NCBI GenBank assembly: GCA_000320545.1
Contig: ADNK01000462.1
Location: forward strand, 1-33,219
Direction of reading: 5' to 3'
DNA length: 33,219 nucleotides
Source of the DNA: Bigelowiella natans CCMP2755
Taxonomy: Eukaryota > Protista > Cercozoa
Every line of letters begins with the position of its first letter. The stretch's first letter is position 1. The notes beneath the pieces are model-generated. The model was given only the letters and a program-made list of their open reading frames with translations. It was not told where the DNA came from and made no database searches. The position numbers were made by a program, and so were the translations under genes. Positions 11,055-21,983 of the stretch are shown piece after piece.

Positions 11055-11455
11055 CTAGGACATCGCATGACGTTCAATTCTCATTCTATAATGTAGTTTT
11101 ATTACTTTGCAATGCACCGAAATGTATACATCTAGACATATATCTAGATGTAGTATTTTGGATACGCATCTATCTAGCTATAGCAAGCTATTGAATGTTA
11201 GATATTTTGACTTGACATTATGCGACTATATGCGACTGGCGTTGCCACTATGCTAGTATGACTAGCTAGCTAGATGGCAGAGCTATGGGAGCCATCTGAG
11301 CTATCACAGCGCATGAGATGTAGCATTTAGTTAGCTAGCTCCAAAGCTATGCATATAGGTATGTTGTATGGCCTGCAAATGCGCGCCAGCTAGCCAGAAG
11401 ACATGACATGCTAGCATGAAAAACTAGAAGAGACAAAATAGCATCATCTAGACAC
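11055..11455. other. CTAG/AGCT/CATG palindrome-rich non-coding block in the convergent spacer between the F-BAR and SOUL genes
   Basis: About 13 CTAG in ~400 bp by hand count, many AGCT/CATG/TGCA, no microsatellites and no ORF. Contains inverted repeat TACATCTAGA-catata-TCTAGATGTA (11127-11152). Confidence 0.8.
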
Positions 11456-11541
11456 TTCAACCTCTACAAGACTTTCCTTCGCGTGAAATATATTACATAA
11501 ATGCCCTGTCCATGCTCAGCATGTATAGTTCTGTGTGCGTA

Positions 11542-11573
<32 letters not shown>

Positions 11574-11833
11574 AAAAGGCTGAAATTGAATCCAGAACTG
11601 CTGCGCGCAGTGCGCGGCAACATCGGTCGCATGAGGACGCTTTCAAATGCATGAAACACATTGTGGCAGAAACCAACAGATGCAACATTAGCGCTGTAGC
11701 CGCTGCATTGCACAGCTACATCAGGATGACCATTGAAAAAATTTAATTCTTCATCACATCCGTCTCATATATATTACATAAAAAGCTATGAGCCAGAAGA
11801 AACATTTAGACGTATAGGGTTGTTCGGGAAAAA

Positions 11834-12931
11834 TCATTCCTTTTTAGCAGTAGGAGAACCAGAGCTGGAGCCCACTACTGGCACAACCACCTACACACAA
11901 CACAACAAATAGATGACGAACCAACCAAAATCATCTAGTGCTTGTTACACCGATTCATTGCCTCCAACATGCGCACTCTTGCTCCTATCATCACCCGGCC
12001 TTCCTATGCCTACCAAGCTATGCTACTGCTGCTACTACTCTTTGCTGCTGTCAATATCGCCAACACTACCTACCTCATTTGTCCTAAGAGAACCAATTGT
12101 CCACGGAGGATCTGATCCGGGGAAAGGGAAGGGGAAGGGTTTCAGAATTCATGGAATAAAGTACTTCACAAAAGGATGACGTAATATCTATTCGTGTCCG
12201 CCTCGTGGAGGAAAGAAATTTGAAGAGAGAAGGCAGGAGGATGAAAGAAGAGAGAGAAGAGAGGGAGAGAGAAGCAGCAGCACCAGCTGGCGTAGATGAT
12301 AGAAGAATAGCAAAAAGCATGAAATCAAATTTGGATGCTAAAAACTCCCCTCACTGTATCGATAAAGTCTCCAATGGTCCTTGTCAAATGCGATCTGGAA
12401 GAGCAGCAACAACATCAACAACGCAAGGCAACTTGAGCAGGATAACATTGTAAAATCGTAGACATCTAGAAATCATACTACTGTGGGCATGAGGTACTCG
12501 CCAAAACTAATAAAAATCAACTTGCTGATAATTGATCTCGCAACTATCATTTCCTAATAGTATACAGGCACAGCTCTCTCATCGTTATCGTTGTCACGTC
12601 ATCCTGACCTTATCCCTCTTCAGAGCTTCAGTTAGAACTTCCAGCTTTCCCTTTGCCATTTCGTCGTCACACACCCCTACCGAACATTATAGTATCTAAA
12701 TATGACACACAATGATTTCCCCGAGAGCCGTCACCCATGGAAGATGATGAGATAACAGCCAGTACTTTTCATGAAAAGGAGCATCATCTTCGTCATCATT
12801 ATCATCATCATCATCATCATGATTCTCCTCGATATCAGCTGTTACTACCAGAAAACCGATGCACAGCAAGAACTCTTTCTGGGACCTCAATCTAAGGTAG
12901 GACGTAGAATCAAGGAAGAAAAACAATCAGC

Positions 12932-12972
<41 letters not shown>

Positions 12973-14304
12973 ACATCCGCTCTTTCCTCTTCGTCGTCTT
13001 CTTTTTCTTCTTAATCTACTCACCAGCTTCACGCTGTCACTTTGAGGAATCTGAGGAGGAGGAGGAGGAGGAGGAGGAGGAGGAGGAGGCATGTAAAAAC
13101 ACGACGAGGATGGCAAGAAACAGCATCCAACAATTTCAATAAAACTCCATGCTAGAGAACAAACACCTATATATCGACTACATATCCATCTACGCACAGA
13201 TCGGCAACAAATAAAATTCGAGCCTGTTGTTAATACTTATATCTTGAATGCTGCTGCTGTTCTTCTTCTTCTTCTTACCGGAGCGGTATCAATGTTGTAC
13301 TTCGATGGCAGCAGAAACTGCATGAACTTCACTTGCTTCCTATAAACAAGTTGTTATCAAATGGTGTCAAGTTTCTTCACTGCGGCGGAAAGAAGCGATG
13401 CTGACTCGCAGGATAAATGCGCGGCGAAGATGCACAAATGAATTTCGTCCTAAAATGCTTTTGCAGACAGTGCAGAAGCATCTGTCTTCTCTGCTATGCT
13501 CGGTTAGAAATCGGAAATTCTTATTCGAATGAAATTCTTTATGAACAAAGTGACGTGCCACTGTTGAAAAAAACATGCTTTCCGCCCCGAAAATGATCGC
13601 TTGATTACCCGTCTTCTCGATTCACAACGGGTGCGGTCATTGAAATCTTCTGCTTCTGTTGGTTCTGTGCCTCACCGAAGACGCCAATGTACCTGAATTA
13701 GTGAAAGAGGTATCATTAATCTAATTCAAATAAATAACCTTTTCTTTGCGGTCGTTTTTAATGCAACACGCGCCAACACGCGATTCTCTCGTTCTTCATT
13801 TTACTATCATTATTACTTCATTACTACTACATTCTATGATTTCTCTTTTTTACTTCAATATATGACAACATATAATGAAAATCAGTCCAACTCAAAAGCA
13901 TGACTAAAGATCTCACTTCGCAAGGGCTTTGAAGGCGGAATCATTATCATCCTTATTTGGACCGTCGATTGTCTCCACAGCAACCCCTTTTGCATACCTG
14001 GTAATATGAAGTGTTGTTGGACTTTGCAACCAATGTGATTCATAATATATTTTGTGATTCATGGCCTTACTTGCGAATCTCGTAGACATCTGACTCCTTT
14101 TGCAGGGTGTACTTGGGAGTTTCGCTGGTAATTCTCCCAGCAACACTGCCCTGTGAATATTGATATTTGCAAAAGCTTCACGATTATGATGATGAAAATA
14201 ATGATGCCTCGAAGGGGGTTGTAAGTATAATTTGAATGGATGGCCTATCTTATTCTCAATGATAAATGGATATTGATGTGAAGATCATTCGAGAATCTCA
14301 CCAT
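11834..14304 (-). CDS. SOUL family heme-binding protein, 11 coding exons
   Basis: Spliced: M|GSVAGRITSETPKYTLQKESDVYEIRK|YAKGVAVETIDGPNKDDNDSAFKALAK|YIGVFGEAQNQQKQKISMTAPVVNREDG|KQVKFMQFLLPSKYNIDTAP|IPQSDSVKL|IEVPERVLAVHRFSG|VCDDEMAKGKLEVLTEALKRDK|IAFDKDHWRLYRYN|PPWTIGSLRTNE|VVVPVVGSSSGSPTAKKE*. The SOUL hallmarks ETPxY, YEIRxY, FxxLAxYIG, MTAPV, MQFxLP and YNPPWT...RxNEV are all present, with canonical GT-AG junctions. Confidence 0.95.
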
Positions 14305-15137
14305 AATTCCTTATCGTTTGGCTTGCGCGTCCAGTTTTTGAAGCTGGTGAATGTAGATAGATACAGGCCCTCTCAAACCGTCTTCTTTCTCAAAATCACA
14401 TACAAAGTATCGAAAAAAGTTATCATCGAGTGAAATATATACCAGGGTGAAGCGAGTGGCCTGGTGCTTTACTCTTTCCAATGCACTACCACTACTACCA
14501 CGTCGCTTTTTTCGCCATGGGAAGAAAAGTGATGAAAAATGCATTTTTTTCCATACATACGTTTATATCCGAACGAGATGATTCTAAAAATCATGCAACA
14601 TGCGAACAGCCGTGAGAATAACAGCTCATACCCTTTACAGAGGAAGAGCAGGAAGGGGCACCTTTTCCGACGGAATGTGGAAGGGCCGCTTGTTCCTACT
14701 AAGGATTAGAAGGCTTTCAGTTGCAACGACAACATAATTTCCTTGTCGTAGAAACAAATTAGACATCTCTCTTTCAAACCCGGAAAACATCCAACCAAAT
14801 TAATCTCCCCACCAAATAATTCCAATAATGTAGCTTGAGAAGGCCGATTTGTTAATCGATATTTTAATTTTTTTTATCCGGAAACTGAGCAAACAGCTGG
14901 AAAAGAATCTGTCGCAGGATGAGAAGCGCCCTTCCAAAGTGGTCTCGAGCAAAAGGGGGGTCCCTGCAACTACCCTTGAACTATTTTCTATAGGTTGTCG
15001 CAGGTTGAAAATAGCCGAACACCTCAGCACAGAAAGAGTCGGAATGGTCGCTCATCGGGCACAGCTTGATACGCCTCTCTGATAAACCCCCCACCCCTCT
15101 CCTTCACCTCCCATCGCAACGATGTTTGCCAGATCAG
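14305..15137. promoter_or_regulatory. Divergent intergenic region between SOUL (-) and TBC (+), probable bidirectional promoter plus 5' UTRs
   Basis: Lies between opposing start codons and is nearly repeat-free. Inferred from position only. Confidence 0.55.
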
Positions 15138-17161
15138 ATGACTGAAACAATTCTTGGAAATACTCAAAGCATTACTTTTGAGATTGCGGAAGGAGCGAAG
15201 AGATCTGGGGAAATGCGATGCAAGGGGGATGATGGAGGACTCGGCGCGTCGGCACCAAAAAGATCCAACATGCTGCGATGTTCGGATTCAAACCACCTTG
15301 GGCAGGCAAGATTATTCATTTATAATTTTACAAATTTTTCATCGATTCTAATGGGATTGATGGCGATGACGCGAATACTAATTAATTGACTGTTGCAGCT
15401 ATTCATTCCCAGCAGCAGCAGCAGCAGCAAAGTGCTGACTCTTTTCCATCTTACCCTTCAGGAGGAGTTCAAATCATCTGGATCTTCTGAACCACAACCT
15501 TGCAAGAGAAACGAATCTACAGTCGACCAGGACAAGGCTGTTCTCGCACAGAGGTAGGTCATGGATGTATGCTAAGAAAGAGGGTATTGATATCAGTGGC
15601 GGGCAGCACTCAGTCTTTCCATATTCGCTTAGAGTACCTTGTGTGCAAATTTGAACGTAGCTACAATTGGAACTGACACGGAAACCTGCACTTGCATTTT
15701 ACTGGAAATTTTCAGGCAATTAGAGCAGAGATGGATCAAAATAATGCAAGATAACGACGAAGCTCGAAACGAGGAGGAATTAGCTGAGCTGGCACTGAAG
15801 GTCATCATCCATCCTGATTGTACTGACGGTCAATGCGGTAATTTAATGTCTAATATTAACTAAAAGGGAATTCCGGATAGTTTACGTCCACGTGTGTGGT
15901 CATGGCTTTTGGGAGCGGATGCGAAGAAGAGAAACAGTCCGAATTCTTATAAGAAAGCTCTTGAGGGGACACCGGACGACAAAACTAAGTAATAACAATA
16001 ATAAGAGATTAACGATGCTTTCAACAAACAACTATGCATGGAGCAGATGCATGTAGCCTATGAATTCATTGTGGTTAACGAAAACAACAAATGGTTAGGT
16101 ATGTGATTGACAGCGACATTGTCCGCACGTTCCCGGGGGACCGCAGGTTTCACAAGGGGCAACAGTTATATCAGCGATTGCGCGACGTGCTTTATGCGTT
16201 CGCAGTATACGATACGGAAGTTAGATATACTCAGGTAGTACATTCTTCCCTTTTGGCTTTGAGAAGAAATTTGGATGCTGCATGCAAAGATATTGATTAT
16301 AACGTATTCAGGGCATGAACTCCGTTGCAGCGATGCTTGTAATGCATATCGAGTCCAACGAGGACGTATTTTGGATGCTGGAGCGAATATGCTACTGCCC
16401 CTTAATCAACCTCTCACGATTGTAAGTCTCTGCTCCTGCTGCCAGTGCTACTTGTGTGTGTGCTTGTGTGTGAGTGATTCCATCTCAGCGTAAAATAAAA
16501 GCAACAGGAGACGACTTGTCCTATTTCGCAACCACCCAAAAGAAATCAACAAAATTCAGCTCATTAGTACGATGCTCTGTGTACTGTGTGAAATCACCTC
16601 TTCTTCTTCTTGACCATCTTCATCTTCTTCTTCTTGATTAGGTATGGCCCTGGACTCACACTTGTGGCGGAGATCACCTACGTGTTTGACCGACTATTGA
16701 AGCAGCATAGGCGAGAGATATATCGTCATCACCTCTCGATTGCGAGGTTTCCTCCCCTCTTCCCTCCCCCCACCCCATTGATCTTTCTTTTGAAGAAGAA
16801 TATGCGAATATGTCCAAAAATCAGGATCGAAATTTGATGTAGAAGGATCTTTCCAGCTTGCCTCCTTTGCTTGATATGTTGTTTCCAACTTTTAATTGAT
16901 TCCTCGATCATCGCACGCATACTTAATTCAGAACTTTGAGGCTGCCTAGCGGATTCGTTGGATTTATCATTCCTAAGTTTTTCTTCCCCATCTTCACGTT
17001 TCTGCCGCTAAATGTTGCGCAAAGGTATTAGTGTGTCGCTACTCATGCCATCATCGTCCCCATTCTCAGAATCAAATTTGAAGACTTTATTGCTGCCTTG
17101 TTTCTTTGTGTGTGGGCTGCTGTGCGGATAATAATTATTGGCGTTTTCTCCGTCTCTCCCT

Positions 17162-17256
<95 letters not shown>

Positions 17257-17326
17257 TGTGCGCGTGTGTGGGTCTATTTGTTTGATTTTCTTCCTTCTTC
17301 TTCTTCTTCTTCTTGTTCTTCTTCCA

Positions 17327-17361
<35 letters not shown>

Positions 17362-18207
17362 CTCTCTCTCTCCACAGAATATGGGACGTGATGATGGTCG
17401 AAGGCATCGTATTCCTCTACAAGATGGGGCTCTTCATGCTAACCCGCATCCACAACATCCCGGGGGGCGGCTCGATCAACACCGACCCTTTACAAAAGGT
17501 GTGATGGTCATGACAGTCGTAGGGGAGAGGAGGGGATGGGGAGGGAGGGTGAGAGTAGTAGTATGCATCTACATCATGTGTGCAGCATAAACATTCTCGA
17601 GCATACATTATTTATATATAGCTCTATAGTCATCTCATCGTAATTGTCTTGATCTCGTGTTGTTATCTTGCCTCTTTGGGTAGCTAATGGAAGGGGTTCA
17701 TCGTGTAGCGGAAGTAGATCCGATCTTTTCCACTCCTGACAAAGTCATCGACCTCGTGAAAAGGTGTGCGTGTGGGGGGAAGGGGAGTGTTTATATAGAG
17801 AAAGAGAGAGAGAGAGAGAGAAAGAGAGATTTGATGACTTCGGAGGGAAATCCATTGTAAATTAATTTGACATCATAATGATCCCTGTCTTCGTTGAACA
17901 TCGTCATCATCATCATCGCCGTAACGAATATATGCTTCATATCCCATGATTTTGTAGTAGCCACACAAAAATTAATAACCCAACACGTTGAAATTGTGGC
18001 ATCAACTGCTCCCGACTGTTACTCCGTTATGATGCCCTTCTTCTCTCTTTCCACATTCAGCTTTCCACCAGAGAAAGTAGAGCTACACCGACTGGAAGAA
18101 ATGTTCAAGAAAGAGCAACACGATCGCAAAAACGTAGTAGTAGTAGTAGTAGTAGTAACGTTGTAGGAGAAGAAATTTAGATGTCTGTTTTTCATGCGCG
18201 CGCGCGA

Positions 18208-18238
<31 letters not shown>

Positions 18239-18865
18239 AAATATATTATATTGTCTTCAATACTGTCTTCTTCCATTATATTACTACCAACTACTACCAC
18301 CCAGGGCCTCACAAGCACGTTCCTGGTCAACAATAAGAGCATGCTAAGAGTCGAGTCCTTCCCTTCCATGCGGCTGTTCCACCAGGTAATAATAGCCGTG
18401 GAGGAGAAGGAAGGGGGGAGGGAGGAAAAAAAAAATCGATGATTTTTTGGGGAGGGTTTCAGTCTAAGATCTGCGCGAATGCTATGTTTCGTTACGTTTA
18501 TCTTCCTCCTCTGATGATTTATTTGTATGTGCACGATATGCCTCGATGTCTGCTTGTTTCCCTCTTCGTCAGAATATTGCCGCCAGAAGCACCACAGCTG
18601 CGCCCCTCCGACAGTCTTCTCCTTTAGCAACAACATCGACGTCTATGACATCGAAAACCACAAAGAAAATGGCGACGATACCCCTGCGAAGTAATGGGTG
18701 GTCCCAGCAGAAAGTTGTGCCATTCCCAACAAAAACAACAAAAATCACCAGCCCTACTGCTGCTGCTGCTGCTGCTGCAACTGCCGCTCGGAAGTCTCCT
18801 ACCGTCGGGGGAGGGAGGCGCAGTCAGCTAGCTATTCCCCAACAACAGAGACGTGGTGGTCATGT

Positions 18866-18909
<44 letters not shown>

Positions 18910-19586
18910 GTAGCCACAATATTGATAGCAGCTATGAAGAACCGAGTAATCGTTTCAATCAAACACAGTACCAGCAAAAGCTCATGCGGAGGCCGAGAAG
19001 TTATGGCGGAGCGATGCATACGACAAGTATGATACACCAAACCTCCTTCACGGCTGCATCGATATTGACCCGACCCCGCTCTGCCCTTCCCCGTCCGGAT
19101 CTGAACCGGTCAACCTCGGGGGAGGGCAGCAGCCACTTCTTCAGCACATCCCGCTCGTCACTACAATCCCGATCTCTGGTCTTCAGAAGCAGAAGTAGCA
19201 GCAAGAATAGCTTCAACAGTACTGCGTCGTCGGTGCACTTAGATGATGATGAGGAGAAGGAAGAGGAGGAGGAGGAGGAGGGGGACAACGATAGGAGGCA
19301 GGAGGGAGGAGAAGCTGGTATAAAAATCCAAGTAGATCGCAAAGGCTCCTCGTCGACTTCTCTGTTTTCATCGCCCGGCCCACTTCTTCCTGAAGAACCG
19401 CCTCCGATACCGCGAAGCATGGGGGGGGGGGGGCGGCGTAGTAACATCAACAGAGTTAGGGCTTTGATGAGGACAACAGCAGCCAGTACAATGCCGGATA
19501 AGGTTGACTCAACGGTGAAGGACAGAATAGCGACCATCAAGCTGATGCAGAATGGGAAACTGAGAACAAATTTAGCAGAATTGTGA
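15138..19586 (+). CDS. TBC-domain Rab GTPase-activating protein with a long disordered Ser/Arg-rich C-terminal tail
   Basis: Exons give LAELALK|GIPDSLRPRVWSWLLG...K|YVIDSDIVRTFPG...LRDVLYAFAVYDTEVRYTQ|GMNSVAAMLVM...EDVFWMLERI...|YGPGL...FFPIFTFLPLNVAQR|IWDVMMVEGIVFLYKMGLFML. The catalytic IxxDxxR and YxQ fingers are intact. The last exon is the 3' part of ORF 18546-19586. The start ATG at 15138 is tentative. Confidence 0.92.
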
Positions 19587-19702
19587 TGACGGCGGGAGTG
19601 CATGATATACTTACCTGTAAAAAGGCTAAACAAAACAACTTAGCGACCAATCGAGAAATAGTAGATTTTATACGAGAGGAGCAAGACACGTTTTCAGGCG
19701 TC

Positions 19703-19747
<45 letters not shown>

Positions 19748-19869
19748 TGTAAATTACAAAACGACTGTTCTTCTTGCTGGCCCGTCCGACTGATGTACGA
19801 CTGATGCACCCGACTGGAGAGGATATTGGCGGGTGATTGAGAATGCGAGTCTACGAAATGCAACAATAT

Positions 19870-20510
19870 CCACATGCGTGCATATTGTCACATGTACACA
19901 GCATGCGCATGATGACAATGTGTGTTGTTGCTTGAAATTTCAACGAACAGATCATCAGCAGCCAAAAATTCATTTTAGCTACGTCTAAGACGTGCCTCTA
20001 TATATGAACATGGACATCGACTATCTGCATTGCAATTAGAATATTGTTGTGCGCGGTGTTATGTGCAGGTACAGTCACACCTATCTAGCTATAGTTGACG
20101 GCCTAGATGTCGCGTCATATATAGCAATGAATACGTCATGCAATATGTCTGCTGATGCTCAGATCTAGAGATGTCTGTCTGCATGAAGCATCATGTAGTT
20201 GTCTTTAATAACCTTGTAGCAGCAGATCTAGCATCAGATGTGTAGATGTATCGTAGCTACGCATGGCCCGTATCGTTGCAGCGTATCTAGCTAGCTGGGC
20301 ATTGTTGCAGCGCATCACACTAGCACAGTGTTGACATTGCTTTTATTTTAGATTTAACTATGCGCGTGTAAGGCGCATATCTAGATATCTCGTCGTAGCG
20401 TACAAAAATCTAAAAATGGTGCAATAGCACGTACAGCGCTGCTACTGTTTCTGATCGACTACACCACAATTTTGTATTACGATAACATCGGCGGCGATGT
20501 TGAAGCATGC
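19870..20510. other. Second CTAG/AGCT/CATG palindrome-rich block in the convergent spacer between the TBC and WDR26 genes
   Basis: About 8 CTAG between 20081 and 20390, palindromes ATATCTAGATAT (20377-20388) and ACGTCT-A-AGACGT (19981-19993), and the 14-mer CTATCTAGCTATAG shared with the first block. Confidence 0.8.
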
Positions 20511-20898
20511 TGTTAGGATAAATGCATCCTCAGAGTGAATGGGCCGCCGTGAATACTTTTCATTGCAATGCGAAATTTTCCCCTTCGTTCATTCACCCCT
20601 TCACAACACATTATTTCCCAAATGGCAGAGATTCGCAAGAAGGCCGAGTTTATTCGTTCTCTTTTCGCCGTCCTTGTCCTCCTACCTCCTCCCCCCCTCT
20701 TCTCGATCTAAGTTGTTGCATCTGTTGCCTGTGCATTCTTTTATTCATACATACTCCTAGCTTTTAATTCGTTGAGACGACTTGGTCGTGATTCTTCTTC
20801 TTAGTATCGCCATTACTCTTCTTGAGATGCTGCTTCTGCTGCTTTCCACGATTGGGATAATACATCTTACTACTTCTGATTCAGAAACTCTACCGTAC

Positions 20899-21950
20899 TC
20901 AGGTTTTCGTCCCCCCCCATACACGAATGGTTCTGTCATCGCTGGCACTAACGAAAAGGTGGGGATCGGTCGGTGACCATGCGACCGCATTAACTGTCCC
21001 TGAGTGCCCGGAGAGCACCGCAGCTAGCTCTCCATTTGATCGATGCCAGATATATACTTGCGAGTCTGATGATGATGACAAAAATATTGATGATGGATAA
21101 TGATGATGATGATGATGATGATAATGATGATGACGAAAGATGTGCTGCATCATTGCAGGGCGAAAATTGTCGAGATTATCAAAAAACCTACCAGAACCTT
21201 TCTCTTTATTCCTCCCCCCCTCCCCCCTCCCCCATGCTCTTCTGCTGTCCGTGTTGTGATTTTCACTATCACGTATTACTATAGCATCATCATATGTTTC
21301 GTACGATGATTCTCGGTCGGTGTGAGTGACTGTTGCTCATATAAAATGCTGCTACTGCTGCTCGCTACTATCGACAACGACTTCTTACCTTCGCTTCCGC
21401 TGATGACAAAGTTCCCACCATCTCGCCCACCGAATGCTGCCTGAACGACATAGCGGCTCTGTTTTATCCCATCGTAGCTGCGAACAACCTCCCCGGACTG
21501 CAAGTTCCAAAGCTTTATCTTGGCAGGATCGGCGCAGCTCACGAGAGCGTAAGATCCGTCTTTGGAGAGAGTGAAGGAGGTAACTTTCGATTTCTTCTCC
21601 TCGAAGATGCTAGTAGTAGTGGCTTGCTTCTCCTCCCCGTCGTCTTTCCCACGGTTGCCCCCCCCCCTCCGTCCTGATATACTGGCGTTGGTAGTAGTAG
21701 TGACACTGCTAGCAACGGTGATTCTCCTCGGTGCTCTGTCTCCTCCTCCTCCTCCTCCTCCTCCTCCTCCTCCTACGGCTTGAACATCATTATCACCATC
21801 GTTATCCCAGCAATCGACGTCGAGGAAGCTGTAGGCTCTAAGCGATTGGTCAGTGCCCAGAACAACTAATAACACCTTATTCGTACCGTTAGTTGCAGTA
21901 CCAGTCGTAGGCGTATCTCCCTCTCGTCGTGCCAGCTTGTTAGAGACTAA

Positions 21951-21983
<33 letters not shown>

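Noticed and set aside
11055-11455. tRNA, rRNA or transposon interpretation of the CTAG blocks
   Set aside because: No cloverleaf or A/B boxes, no terminal inverted repeats or transposase remnants, and no end-to-end similarity between the two blocks by eye. A highly decayed element cannot be fully excluded.
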